From assembly GCA_963806185.1 (NCBI GenBank), contig CAWDXE010000007.1:352001-416000 (forward strand): 64,000 nt of DNA, in the 5' to 3' direction. Every line of letters begins with the position of its first letter. The stretch's first letter is position 1. The notes beneath the pieces were generated by a model. It was not told where the DNA came from and did no database searches. It saw only the letters and a list, made by a program, of their open reading frames with translations. Of this stretch, positions 38,365 to 49,100 are shown piece after piece. A program made the position numbers and the translations under genes. The stretch comes from an uncultured candidate division Zixibacteria bacterium (GTDB lineage: Bacteria; Zixibacteria; MSB-5A5; GN15; FEB-12).

Positions 38365-39222
38365 TCAGCGAGGAGCGCCGACCAGATTCCAGAAATACTC
38401 GGTCAGTTGGTGGGTTATCGGGCCGGCGGCGAACTCAATCGCCGAACCTGCCTCTTCGATGAGCGCTACCCCCACTACCAGCTTGAGCGAGCTGGAGATG
38501 AAGACCTCGTCCGCCGTGTCGCTGAGGGCGGACAGCGTGGTGTTCGCTTCTTCCACGCCGTACCCGAGTTCAGCGGCGGCTTTCATAACGTTGGCTCGCG
38601 TTACCCCTTCCAGACAACCGGCCGTCAGGGGAGGGGTGAAGACGCTCTTGTCGTGCACCCAGAAGATGTTGGCCGACGATACCTCGGCCACGTTGCCGAC
38701 CTCGTTGAGCAACAGCGCATCGTCGAACCCCTTCAGTTTCGCCTCGCGCAGGGCGGCGGCATGAATGGCGTACGACGTTGTCTTGATGCGGCGGAAGACC
38801 GATTCCTGATCGACTCGAAATGGCGCTGTCAGCAGCCGAAACGGTTTGCGCGGCAGCGTGTGCGGGGCCGCGCTGATGACCACCTGAGGTTCGCCCGGCA
38901 GGCCGGTCCATCGCGCCGCTTCGCCCGAGGTGATCGTCAGGCGAATCTGTTTGACCGGCGCCAAATGGCGGCGAGCCATACCCACAATCCATTCGACCAG
39001 AGTCTCATCGGAAACGGGAATGGTCATCCGGGTGAGCGCCGCGCCGTCGTGCAAACGCTTGAGGTGACCTGGCACAAAGATGATCCTGTCACCGACCGCT
39101 AGAAACGTCTCAAACAGCCCTTCGGCGTAAAGGAACGCGTTGTCGAAGACGGAGACTTTGGCTTCGTCGCGGGTGACAAAACGCCCGTTGATGCTGGTGT
39201 GGGTTTCGAATTCAGGCGTCAT
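38365..39222 (-). CDS. pabC: Class IV aminotransferase (aminodeoxychorismate lyase PabC-like)
   Basis: YAEGLFET, IKTTSY, EVSSANIF, LEGVTR; ATG at 39222 overlaps the pabB stop. Confidence 0.8.
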   Translation of the reverse strand: MTPEFETHTSINGRFVTRDEAKVSVFDNAFLYAEGLFETFLAVGDRIIFVPGHLKRLHDGAALTRMTIPVSDETLVEWIVGMARRHLAPVKQIRLTITSGEAARWTGLPGEPQVVISAAPHTLPRKPFRLLTAPFRVDQESVFRRIKTTSYAIHAAALREAKLKGFDDALLLNEVGNVAEVSSANIFWVHDKSVFTPPLTAGCLEGVTRANVMKAAAELGYGVEEANTTLSALSDTADEVFISSSLKLVVGVALIEEAGSAIEFAAGPITHQLTEYFWNLVGAPR

Positions 39223-40538
39223 CAGACGTTTATCCCCAACGCCCCGAACAGATTGCGGGCCTTGAGCAGCATTTCCTCGTATTCGCGCTCCGGCACGCTG
39301 TCGGCGACGATGCCGCACCCCGCGTGAAGCGTGTAGGCGTCCTCGGTGTGCATGATCGTGCGGATGGCGATGTTGAACTCGGCCTTGTCGCGCGAGATGT
39401 ACCCGATACAGCCGGTGTAGAGGTCGCGCGGGCAGGGCTCAATCTGAGCGAGAATTTCCACCGCCCGGCGTTTGGGCGCACCGGTGATCGACCCGCCGGG
39501 GAAGAGGGCGGCGAAGATATCGTCGTAGGATAAGCCGGGGCGCAACGTAGCCGAGATATCGCTCACCAGATGAATGAGCGACGAGAAGATTTCAGTGCGA
39601 AAGAGCGAATCGACCCTGACTGTGCCCGTCCGGGCGATCCTGCCCAGGTCGTTGCGCAGCAGATCGACAATCATGAGCAGCTCGGCGCGGTCTTTCTCGG
39701 AATGAAGCAAGGCTTCGGCACGCTCCTGATCCTCTTTGGGTGACCGGCCGCGCGCGCTCGTACCTTTAATCGGACAGGTGGTGATTCGATCCTGCTCGCG
39801 GTAGAACATGCGCTCGGGCGAGGAGGACAGTACCTGGCGATCACCAAAGTTCAGGAAGGCCCCATACGGAGACGGATTGAGCTGTCGCAGACGATTGTAT
39901 ACCGACCAAGGGGCGACCGGCGCGGGGATTTCAAACCGGCAGGTCAAGTTCGCCTGATAGATGTCGCCTTCGTGGATATGGTCCTTGACCCGGCGAACGG
40001 CGTCGATGTACGCGTCCTTGGTGAACGATTCCCGGTGCGGCGGTGGCGTGGCGATGGTGCTGTTGCCGCTCGTGTCGATGGCCGGATGCTCGGCCAGCCA
40101 CTCGCGTGGCACCGGCTCGACGAAGCGTGCGTTGTCATGGTCGAATACGGCCACCTGATCGTAGAGGCAGAAGTGCGCGTCGGGCCAGGCGGTCTGGGCG
40201 GCCGGGCGAGGAAGCTGCACGAATGGGTACATTCCCTCGTAGCTGACATACCCGATGGCGAAGAGGCCGTCGTTGATGAAATCGGTCAGGTGGCGATAGA
40301 ACCTTTCGCCCCGCAATTTGGCCGATTCGACCCCTCCTGAGATGAGCAGCCACTCACGGTCGTACAGCACCACCTCGGCAACCGGGGCACAAGCCAAAAT
40401 CGAGTACCGCCCCCGGTCGGCGTACCGCAGGGTGGAATCCAGCCAGACGGCACCGGGCAGAGAGGCCAGGTGCGCGAACACAAGCTCGGGCGTGACCGGC
40501 ACGACCGGTTTTGGGGTGATTCGCGGCATGGTAGACAA
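39222..40538 (-). CDS. pabB: Aminodeoxychorismate synthase component I
   Basis: GDIYQANL, SSSPE, PIKGT, KDRAELLMIVDLLRNDLG, FPGGSITGAPK, NIAIRT. Confidence 0.9.
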   Translation of the reverse strand: MSTMPRITPKPVVPVTPELVFAHLASLPGAVWLDSTLRYADRGRYSILACAPVAEVVLYDREWLLISGGVESAKLRGERFYRHLTDFINDGLFAIGYVSYEGMYPFVQLPRPAAQTAWPDAHFCLYDQVAVFDHDNARFVEPVPREWLAEHPAIDTSGNSTIATPPPHRESFTKDAYIDAVRRVKDHIHEGDIYQANLTCRFEIPAPVAPWSVYNRLRQLNPSPYGAFLNFGDRQVLSSSPERMFYREQDRITTCPIKGTSARGRSPKEDQERAEALLHSEKDRAELLMIVDLLRNDLGRIARTGTVRVDSLFRTEIFSSLIHLVSDISATLRPGLSYDDIFAALFPGGSITGAPKRRAVEILAQIEPCPRDLYTGCIGYISRDKAEFNIAIRTIMHTEDAYTLHAGCGIVADSVPEREYEEMLLKARNLFGALGINV

Positions 40539-40634
40539 AAGCTATGTCGCCGGAGCGCAATGTCAAGCATAGTCATATCTCGATAAGTCTGACCTTCATT
40601 TGACAGGAGGGCTCAACACCGGTTTATTGGACCG

Positions 40635-41855
40635 GTGGAATCGGTCAAACTGCTGGTGGTCTTCATCCTGATCGTCGTTGCGTTGCGGCGCAAATTGTCG
40701 GTTGGGCCCACGCTGTTTCTGGCCGGTCTTTTCGCCGCCCTGCTCTATCAGGTCTCAGTGGCTAGTCTGCTCGAGGGGTACTGGAATCTGATCAAGTCGG
40801 CCCGCTTTCTGTCTATCACCGGTGTCATCCTGCTGGTCACAACGCTTGGTACCCTGCTCAAGGAACTCGGCTACCTTCAGCGTCTGGCCGACGCCTGCAC
40901 AGGGCTGATCGGCGGCAAGCGGACGGCCGCCGTAATCATGCCGCCGCTGGTGGGGCTGATGCCGATGCCGGGCGGGGCGCTTCTATCGGCGCCGCTGGTG
41001 GAGAGTGTGCTCGACGATCCGAAGTATTCCGCCGAATTCAAGACCGCAACGAACTACTGGTTTCGCCACATTGTCGAGTTCTCCTGGCCGGTGTATCCGG
41101 GGCTCATTCTCACCGAGGCCGTGACCGGCCTGCCGATCGGCAGTGTCGCATTACTTCAATTTCCGCTTACGGTCGGCATGCTCATTATCGGGCTTTTCTT
41201 CTTCGCCCGGCAGATTGACGGTAACGACTCGGCTCGCCACTCGCTCTGGACCACCGCGAAGGGGATTGCCTACACCATCTGGCCGATTGCGCTGGCCATC
41301 GCCATTTACGGTGTCTTTCGCATTGATCTGTCGCTGGCGGTGCTGATTGCGGTGATCGTGTTGATCGCCTTCGTTCGTCCACGGAAAGAGATCCTGACGC
41401 TTGCGGTCAAACATGGCCTGTCGTTCAAGCTGATCTTCCTGACCTTTGGTATCCTGTCGTTCCAGACAGTGCTTGAATTGTCGGGGGCGATCAATTCGAT
41501 TCCACGGCTCTCGACCCAGATCGGCCTTCCGCCGGAGCTGATCATCTTCCTGGTCTGTTTTTCGACGGGGCTCCTGACAGGAATGGTGGCCGCGTTTGTC
41601 GGCCTGGGGTATACCCTTCTGGCCGGTTTCCTGTACCAGCCTCTGATATCGCCCGGGAACATCCTGATTGCCTACTTGTCGGGTTACCTCGGAATGATGC
41701 TTTCGCCAACCCATCTCTGTCTGATTCTGACCACCGAGTACTTTGAGGCGAATCTGGGTTTGGTGTATAGGCGACTGGCCATACCGCTCGCCTTGTTTGT
41801 GGTATTCGGGGGGCTGCTGGTCGCTTCACCGTGGCCGAGATTATTTATTAGGTAA
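40635..41855 (+). CDS. DUF401-family multi-pass membrane protein
   Basis: GLMPMPGGALLSAP, NYWFRH, WPVYPG, GMMLSPTHLCL. Confidence 0.8.
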   Translation: MESVKLLVVFILIVVALRRKLSVGPTLFLAGLFAALLYQVSVASLLEGYWNLIKSARFLSITGVILLVTTLGTLLKELGYLQRLADACTGLIGGKRTAAVIMPPLVGLMPMPGGALLSAPLVESVLDDPKYSAEFKTATNYWFRHIVEFSWPVYPGLILTEAVTGLPIGSVALLQFPLTVGMLIIGLFFFARQIDGNDSARHSLWTTAKGIAYTIWPIALAIAIYGVFRIDLSLAVLIAVIVLIAFVRPRKEILTLAVKHGLSFKLIFLTFGILSFQTVLELSGAINSIPRLSTQIGLPPELIIFLVCFSTGLLTGMVAAFVGLGYTLLAGFLYQPLISPGNILIAYLSGYLGMMLSPTHLCLILTTEYFEANLGLVYRRLAIPLALFVVFGGLLVASPWPRLFIR

Positions 41856-42045
41856 CAAATTGTGATACAGTAGATTACTGGAGATTGCTCATAATTCACT
41901 TTAATTTCGGGAATTATGTGGCGCGTTTTGGGTAGATGAAACAAGAGGGTAGAACTATCCGTAAGCGGTGGTTGTTTAGTACTTGAAAGCTTGACCAGAG
42001 CCTTCGAAGGCTGGAACTTTGCAGCGAAGTCTGGAGTACAAAGCC

Positions 42046-42681
42046 ATGAACGAGAACGGTCGTAAGACGAAGAGTGGTATGTCGAAAGAGACAGAGAAAG
42101 ACATCGATTTCGAGCTTATGCGGGGTATTCAGAACGGCGACATGGTCGCGTTCAATACCTTGGTGGGCCGGTATAAAGATCGCTTGATGAACGTGATCGG
42201 ACGCATGCTGTCGTCGACCGAAGAAGCCGAGGACATCGTGCAGGAGACATTCGTGCGCGTCTACCAGCATCGTCAGTCGTTTAACTTCCAGCACTGTTTT
42301 TCGACCTGGATTTACACGATCTGTCTGAACCTGGCGCGGAACGAATTGCGGAAGCGGAAGAAGTTCAAATTTTACGATATATCCGAGATGCAGGGGAATG
42401 AGGCCGAGTTTGCGGTCGAGCCGAAAGTGCCGACCCGTCTGCCGGAGGCCATCAACGCCGCCATCAAGGATTTGCCGGAGAAGTATCGCGTCGCTTTCAT
42501 CCTGCGCGACGTACAAGAGATGCCGTATGAAGAAGTAGCCCAGGTTCTCGGAGTACCCCTGGGGACAGTGAAGTCGCGCGTCAATCGGGCGCGCCTCATT
42601 CTTCGCGGAAAGTTGGAGCCAAGAATGGAGGAATACCATGCGTTGTCAAAAAATACGCTCCTTGCTGTCAGCGTATTGTAA
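42046..42681 (+). CDS. ECF RNA polymerase sigma factor (RpoE/SigW-like)
   Basis: AEDIVQETF, FSTWIYTI, YEEVAQVLGVPLGTVKSRVNRAR. Start may be 42046 or 42079. Confidence 0.93.
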   Translation: MNENGRKTKSGMSKETEKDIDFELMRGIQNGDMVAFNTLVGRYKDRLMNVIGRMLSSTEEAEDIVQETFVRVYQHRQSFNFQHCFSTWIYTICLNLARNELRKRKKFKFYDISEMQGNEAEFAVEPKVPTRLPEAINAAIKDLPEKYRVAFILRDVQEMPYEEVAQVLGVPLGTVKSRVNRARLILRGKLEPRMEEYHALSKNTLLAVSVL

Positions 42682-43327
42682 TGACGAGCTGGTTGGTCAC
42701 AAACAGTTAAAGATTCGTGAACATCTGTCGGTTTGTCCGGCCTGTCGCAAAGAGGAAAGCGTGTATCGCTCCCTGGCGCAGGCGAGTAAAGTGACTCCTC
42801 AGTTAAGCACGACATCTGACTTTAACGCCCGCCTGCTCGAGCGAATCGCTCAGGAACGCTTTGCGGAGACCCGCACGAAAGCGTACATGCCCAAGGCCGC
42901 TCCGCTGGTACAGTGGCGGCACGTGGTGCCGGCGCTCTCGATGGTGGCGGCGGTGTTGCTGGTGGCGTTTGTCTGGTTGCCCTCGGGTCAGTTGACGCCC
43001 GGCTCGGCGAATATGCAATACAGTCAGAATGACGATTACATCACCGCCCAGCCGGTGAACAATCCGAATATGACCGCCAATCTGCGGCACAACTGGTCGT
43101 TGGACGGCCAGATGGCGCAGACGGAACGATTCAGTCGCTTGTCCAATTCACTTACCAATATGAATGGCTTCGGTAACTTGTACCTGACGACCGCGCTGAG
43201 CCGTCAATCGCGCGAGATGTGTCCGCGGTTGCCGCATGGAATCGTCTTTTACCGGATCAAGCCGGTTATCCGGTCGTACAATCAGCCCGGTGAAACCAAC
43301 GTCAAGGAGGATCAGCGAGTTTACTAA
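42638..43327 (+). CDS. Zinc-finger (zf-HC2) transmembrane anti-sigma factor
   Basis: C..IRSLLSAY..EHLSVCPAC (HxxxCxxC), single TM, overlaps the sigma gene. Confidence 0.88.
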   Translation: MRCQKIRSLLSAYCNDELVGHKQLKIREHLSVCPACRKEESVYRSLAQASKVTPQLSTTSDFNARLLERIAQERFAETRTKAYMPKAAPLVQWRHVVPALSMVAAVLLVAFVWLPSGQLTPGSANMQYSQNDDYITAQPVNNPNMTANLRHNWSLDGQMAQTERFSRLSNSLTNMNGFGNLYLTTALSRQSREMCPRLPHGIVFYRIKPVIRSYNQPGETNVKEDQRVY

Positions 43328-44505
43328 TGTTAACGTCTTCTTCGAAGACCGCCAAAGTGATCGTATTTACGCTCGGCTTGGCGGTTTTCTTTTCCGCTCC
43401 GCTCACCGCATCTGATGATCCGCTCAACTCCCTGGAAGCGAGCTTGGGGGATCTCGTCTATACGGTGTCGCGCTCTGTGGTAACCATCGAGTCGTCGCGC
43501 TCGGTGCCGTCGAGTGCCTTTGGCATGCCGGCCGGGGGCGCACTGGAAAGTCACGTGGCATCGGGCCTGGTCATTGACGACGGTCTGGTGGTAGCCGCCG
43601 CTTCGTCGATCTACGGCCACGATCGCTATTCCGTTTCCTTTGACAATAAGACGGTCGCCGCATCACTGGTCGGTATCGACTATGTCAACGAGGTGGCCCT
43701 CCTCAAGCCGGCGATTGCAGTCGGGGTGTCGGCCAGGTTCTCCGATCGTCGCGCCTGCGCCGGGCAAATGGTCGTCTCGCTGGGAAATTCCTTCGGTCTC
43801 AGGGCGTCGCCGTCGCTCGGCTTTTGCGCCGGAATCCGCGATGACGGGAACACGCAGTTCAGTATCCCGACCGGTTCCTGCGGCTATGGCGGGGGAATCT
43901 TCTCCCTGGGCGGAGAGCTGCTTGGCATGATCATCGACAACGTCGGCCAGACCGATCGCGTCTCCGTCGCCGTGCCGGCTTACCGGCTGGCTGAAATCGT
44001 CGACTACCTAAAGACCCACGGCGATCGCCGGGCTGGATTCATCGGCGTGGCGACCAGTGAAATTGAAGTCTCTCCGGCGATGGAGTTCAATTCGTCAAAC
44101 ATTTTGACAACGGCGGGACAGCGGCCCGGCGCGATGGTCGTCGACCGGGGGCTTATGATCACCCAGACTCTGCCGGGGTCGCCGGCCGAACGGAGCGGTC
44201 TGGTACCGGGTGATGTCATTTTGGCGATCGGCAATCAGAAAGTGACGACCTCCGTCGATCTGGCCGCCATCATTGGTCGGTCGACACCGGGCGATCGGGT
44301 GTCCTTTGATCTCGTCCGACACAACAGCCACCTCGTGATACCGGTGCAGATCGGGGCGAGAATATCGAGTCAGCCGTGGACCGATCCACAGGCCGGAAAC
44401 CGGGGGACTGTCTCCAATCGGGTGGCCGATTCGTTGTTTCAGGCGCTCGGACGGCTGAAAGACGAAGTTTCTCGTCTCGAATCAAGACTCAATTCCCTCC
44501 ACTAA
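43327..44505 (+). CDS. HtrA/DegS-like trypsin-fold + PDZ protein lacking the catalytic triad
   Basis: SVVTI, ASGLVI, GQMVVSLGN, GFIGV, GSPAERSGLVPGDVI; triad positions substituted. Confidence 0.75.
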   Translation: MLTSSSKTAKVIVFTLGLAVFFSAPLTASDDPLNSLEASLGDLVYTVSRSVVTIESSRSVPSSAFGMPAGGALESHVASGLVIDDGLVVAAASSIYGHDRYSVSFDNKTVAASLVGIDYVNEVALLKPAIAVGVSARFSDRRACAGQMVVSLGNSFGLRASPSLGFCAGIRDDGNTQFSIPTGSCGYGGGIFSLGGELLGMIIDNVGQTDRVSVAVPAYRLAEIVDYLKTHGDRRAGFIGVATSEIEVSPAMEFNSSNILTTAGQRPGAMVVDRGLMITQTLPGSPAERSGLVPGDVILAIGNQKVTTSVDLAAIIGRSTPGDRVSFDLVRHNSHLVIPVQIGARISSQPWTDPQAGNRGTVSNRVADSLFQALGRLKDEVSRLESRLNSLH

Positions 44506-44578
44506 AATTGAAATTGCTCCCGCTATTGCATCGGCGTAGATTCGAACGATGAGTTCCGGCGTTGACGTCTCGCAGTTC
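44504..44578 (+). repeat. Direct repeat copy 1 (promoter plus first codons of the CMD gene)
   Basis: 65/75 identical to 45405-45479. Confidence 0.9.
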
Positions 44579-44649
44579 AGCGCTGCCCTCAAAGCCGGGC
44601 TCTCTCTGGTTGGGCCGTGACCTAACTCACTTAGAACTATTGGTGAAAG

Positions 44650-45168
44650 TTGAGTTCAATGGTGAGATTTTGGAATTTAGTGCACTACTTCGTTTACCGA
44701 GGTGTCTATAGGTTTCACTTATTGTCCAGAATGATCAATCCGATTAGACTCCTCCATCAATTACCTATCCAAAAGCGGCTCTATGCAAAAAAAGGAATTG
44801 ATGTCAACTATGAGATAGACCAGGTTTGGAAGAGGCCTGAATCGGGATTAGCCACTATTTTTGCCGGTGGCGCTATGCATGGGCTTTTGATACTGATATG
44901 TCTCGGTTCTGGTTGTCTGTATCTCGCTGTCCGTAGGGAAACACCCGGCACTGACATATACCCGTTTCTCATTACGGGTGCTATCACCTTTGGTGTGAAC
45001 CATCTTGTGTTATTCAGGCAGGACAAGTATCTCGATTATTTCAGGAAGTTTGAGAAGATGGAAGGGACCGAACGGAGGAAATGGGCTTGGTTAACATTGG
45101 CGGTTATAATTGGCATCGTGTCTTTCGGTCTCGGTAGTTTGGTTCTGATGGTTTACCGCCTGCACTGA
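44650..45168 (+). CDS. Low-GC hypothetical membrane protein (islet cargo)
   Basis: About 170 aa with three hydrophobic segments; visibly AT-richer than flanks; ATG alternative at 44659. Confidence 0.75.
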   Translation: MSSMVRFWNLVHYFVYRGVYRFHLLSRMINPIRLLHQLPIQKRLYAKKGIDVNYEIDQVWKRPESGLATIFAGGAMHGLLILICLGSGCLYLAVRRETPGTDIYPFLITGAITFGVNHLVLFRQDKYLDYFRKFEKMEGTERRKWAWLTLAVIIGIVSFGLGSLVLMVYRLH

Positions 45169-45404
45169 CCTTGCCGTGAATCGGTGCCAATGTCTAAGGT
45201 TGGATCTTGCGGCCGTCATTTGAGCAGGTGGGCCCCCAATTGAACCAAATTCTGCCGCTCGAATTTGTTCCGAGCTCTTCCTGGGGTGTCTTCTCGCTGT
45301 GCGCCCCAAGTGGGCGACCTGCCACTGGTGACTTTCCGAGAACAGCATTCCAACAGTATCTCTACTACCGAGTCTTCTACTTGACGGGGGCTTGCGTTTA
45401 CACC

Positions 45405-45479
45405 AAAATTGAAATTGCTACCACTCTGTTGTCGGCGTAGATTCGAACGATGAGTTCCGGATTTGACGTCTTGCAGTTC
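45405..45479 (+). repeat. Direct repeat copy 2 (functional start of the CMD gene)
   Basis: AAAATTGAAATTGCT...TCGGCGTAGATTCGAACGATGAGTTCCGG..TTGACGTCT.GCAGTTC. Confidence 0.9.
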
Positions 45480-46124
45480 GGTGAGGCAATCACCCGCTAT
45501 CAGGCAGATCGCCAACCGGTGTGTGCCTTTCGGCGGCTGGCCTGGTATGCAGCGGCGGTGGCATCCGCCGATGATACGCTTATGGGTCAGACCATCCGGG
45601 TGGCCCGTGAGGCCGGGGTGGAGCGGGCGGCACTGTACGAAATCGTGCTACAGTCCTATCTGTTTGTCGGCTTTCCGCGCATGTTGATTGCCGCCGAGCA
45701 TCTGGATTCCGTTTGGCCATCCGATGCCGTCATGCCGGGCGGAGATTATGATCCGCACGATTCGCTGGCGAAGCGTCGGGTGCGGGGTGAGGAAATGTGC
45801 CGGCGGGTCTACGCCGGTTCTTACCAGTTGTTGAGAGCGAGGGTGCAGTCGTTTGCTCCGCAGATCTGGGCGTGGATGATCGAGGAAGGGTACGGCAAAG
45901 TGCTGTCCCGGCCGCAGCTTGACGCGGCCACGCGCGAGCTTTGTACGGTGGCGGTCCTGATGGTTGATCTCATGCCGAGGCAACTGCATTCGCACATGCG
46001 GGGAGCATTGAATGTCGGGGCGACGGAAGAAAACCTGCGCACGGTGGTAGAAGACTTAAAGCCGGCGACAGCCGACGGGTATCGCACGGCCATGGACATA
46101 TTGGCCCGATTGGGGCGCACCTGA
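45450..46124 (+). CDS. Carboxymuconolactone decarboxylase (CMD/AhpD-like) family protein
   Basis: EIVLQSYLFVGFP, YGKVLSRPQLDAATRELCTVAVL, QLHSHMRGALNVGA. Confidence 0.85.
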   Translation: MSSGFDVLQFGEAITRYQADRQPVCAFRRLAWYAAAVASADDTLMGQTIRVAREAGVERAALYEIVLQSYLFVGFPRMLIAAEHLDSVWPSDAVMPGGDYDPHDSLAKRRVRGEEMCRRVYAGSYQLLRARVQSFAPQIWAWMIEEGYGKVLSRPQLDAATRELCTVAVLMVDLMPRQLHSHMRGALNVGATEENLRTVVEDLKPATADGYRTAMDILARLGRT

Positions 46125-49100
46125 TGCGCGTCTGGAAAATCATTCTGCTGAGTTTTCTGGGGTTGACGCTGGTCATCTCGGCGGTGGCCTATGTCTACCT
46201 GTTCAAGCAGAATGGTCTTGAGCGGATAGTCGCCGGACAGGTCAACAAACTGCTCGGTGCGACCGGACCGGTCAAAGTGGAGATCGGGCATATCGAGGGG
46301 GACGTCTTCCACGGCATCTCACTTCATGACGTTACGTTGAGCTGGGCAGATTCCGCCAATGCGTTTCCGATTGCCCGGGTGCGCCATCTGGGAGTGGGGT
46401 ATTCGTTCGCCAATATCTGGAACGAGAAATGGGTGCTGGCGCATCTGGCTGTCGATAGCGCTGTCATCCTGCTAAGAGTGGACAGCGCCGGGAATGTCTA
46501 TCCGCACCTGGCAAAGAAGGCGCCCGACGGTGGTCCGGGTCAGCCGAGAGAACTCCCCTACATGGCGATTAATTCGCTTCTACTGAGCAATCTCACGCTG
46601 GTGGTCGAGCGGCCGCACGACACACTGGTGATTGACAGCCTGTCGGCGGTGGCCTCGGTGCAGATAGAGGGTAACACGTATTCGATCAACTTACAGCAAT
46701 TGTCGCTGGTATCGCCCCTGTTGCCCCAGCGATTGACCAATCTGTCGGCGCAAATCACCTACGCGGGCAAACAAATCACCGTCAAGAATCTGGCCCTGCA
46801 GTCGGGTGCGACGGCCATCAAGGCTGACGGCATCTTCAATCTTGGCGCACGAAGCGGTCATGTGGAAACATCCTTGCGCGGAATCGACCTCTCCCAGCTC
46901 AAGCAGTATGGCGGTCCTTCGTTATCCGGAACGGTAAATTTGACTGGCTCTCTCGACCTCGATTCGACGGGTCTGGGCGGCGAAGCCACGCTGGCGGGGA
47001 GCCTGCAGATTGCGTCGTTTGACAATCTGTATACGAAATTTCGCCTCGGCTTTGCCAGCCGGCGGCTGGAGATGGACACGTTGTACGGGTCGGTGCTGGG
47101 CGGGTGCCTGGTTGACGGCCGCGGGCAAATTGATTTCAGCGGGCCGATGGAGAAATACGGACTGCAGGCGAAGATCAGCAATTTCAATCTCGAGCATCTG
47201 GTGCACAATAGTTTCATGTCGAATCTGAATGGAAACTTCACGCTGGCCGGCGAATCATTCCGCACGAAGACGCTGAAGTTAAATCTCTCGACCGAATTGT
47301 ACGAATCATCCTTCGATCAATATCCCATCCAAGCGGCGGCGGGCGACCTGCTCATTACCGCCGATTCGATCAGTTTCCTTGATGCCTTCGAAGTCAGCTA
47401 TTACGAGAATCACTTTACGGCGACGGGCCGGATCGATTACCGGAATGGCATCGCGCTGGCAGTCGACGCCGACCTGCCGCGATTGTCGTATTACCAGGAT
47501 ATGTATTTCATCAAGCGACCGGCGGGACGACTGCGGGCCAACGTGCACTTCGTCGGAGAGACGAAAGATCCCGATCTGGTCGCCACAGCGTCGTCGGACT
47601 CACTCTGGATCAACGACATCTTCACGACGAACGCAGACGCGAGCTTGTCGATCGAACATTTCTTCAAGAATCGGAATGGGACAGTGAACGTTCGTTTCCT
47701 GAACGGCGCGGCGTGGGGGATACCGTACGATACGATGTCGTCGAGCTTTGCCGTCGACACCGGTAACGTGCAACTCGATACCGTGTTCGTGCACGGCGCG
47801 TACGGGGCGGTGTCGGCCAACGGCGACGTCGCGATTGGCGGCGACACCATTCAGGCGCGGCTCGATTCTGTCTGGGTGACGTTGTTCGACCGCAAGTTTG
47901 TCAATATGGCGCCGGTGACATTTGGACTGGATGACTCATCGCTCATCCTTCAGAATGTGGAGATCGGCGCGCAGGGATCAAAATACTCAACGCGCGGTAA
48001 GGCTGGGTACGACGGTTCGCTCGGGCTGACACTCGAAGCCCGGCACATCCTGATGTCACCCTGGCTGCACATGGCCAAGGAGGCGGTCGACTACGACGGC
48101 GACCTGTCGTGCCGCATCGGCGTTGCGGGGACGATGTCGGCGCCGAAGATCAGTGTCCAGGCGGAGGTGGACTCGCTTACCTTCAAGGAACTGGAACTGG
48201 GCAATTTGACGATTCTGGCTCATTATCAGGACCGGATGATGCGGATCGACAGCATGGTCGTGCTTTCCGATCCGGGGATTTATCGGGTAGACGGCACGTT
48301 CCATACCGATCTGTCGTTTGGCAACGGCGTCGTGGAACGACTGCCGAACGAGCCGATGGATTTGCACCTCGTCGCGACCGACAGCCGGTTTGACCTGGTG
48401 AGTCTCCTGCTGCCGTCGGTGGAGGATATGCAGGGGAAGCTCACCTCGGACGTCCGACTGTCCGGCACGCCGCGCGAGCCGCATCTCGAGGGACAGGCGC
48501 TGCTCAAGGAAGGCCGGCTCAAATACTTCGATATAGCCGACACCGTGTTTACCGACTCGGCGCTCGTCACCATGCACGACAATCAGATCGTTATCTCCAA
48601 GGTGGAGGTGTGGGTCAAAGACAAACATCGGCGCGAGGGTAAGAGCTACGCATATATCGAGGGTGCGCTGACGGTCAAGACGCTGGACAGTCTGTATTAC
48701 GATGTCGATGTGAGTCTGCCGAAGGAATTTCCGTTCAATTACGAACTGGAGGACATAAGCGGCGCGGCCGAGGGTGATCTGCATATCGAGGGGATGACGC
48801 CGCCGACGGTGTCAGGGGATTTGCTGGTGACCTCGGCCCGGTACGAAGTGGAATTTGCCAAGGTGAACGAGGGGTCGCCGATCATGTCGCTGTTGTTCGC
48901 CGACAAGAGCTGGGATCTCAATCTGAATATCGATATTCTGTCCAACTACTGGATTAAGAACGAGGATATCGACGCCGAGTTTGCCGGATCGATCAATATG
49001 GTACGCGAGAACGGCACCTACCGATTTGCCGGCGAGATGGAAATTCTGCGCGGGAAGGGCTTTTTGTTCGACAAGACATTTCGTCTCGAGCCGGACAGCC

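Noticed and set aside
44609..45206. Integron cassette interpretation of the islet (GTTGGGC, ACCTAAC, GTTGGAT heptamers)
   Set aside because: Core and inverse-core sites are in the wrong order, no attC-like palindrome follows the gene, and no integrase is present.
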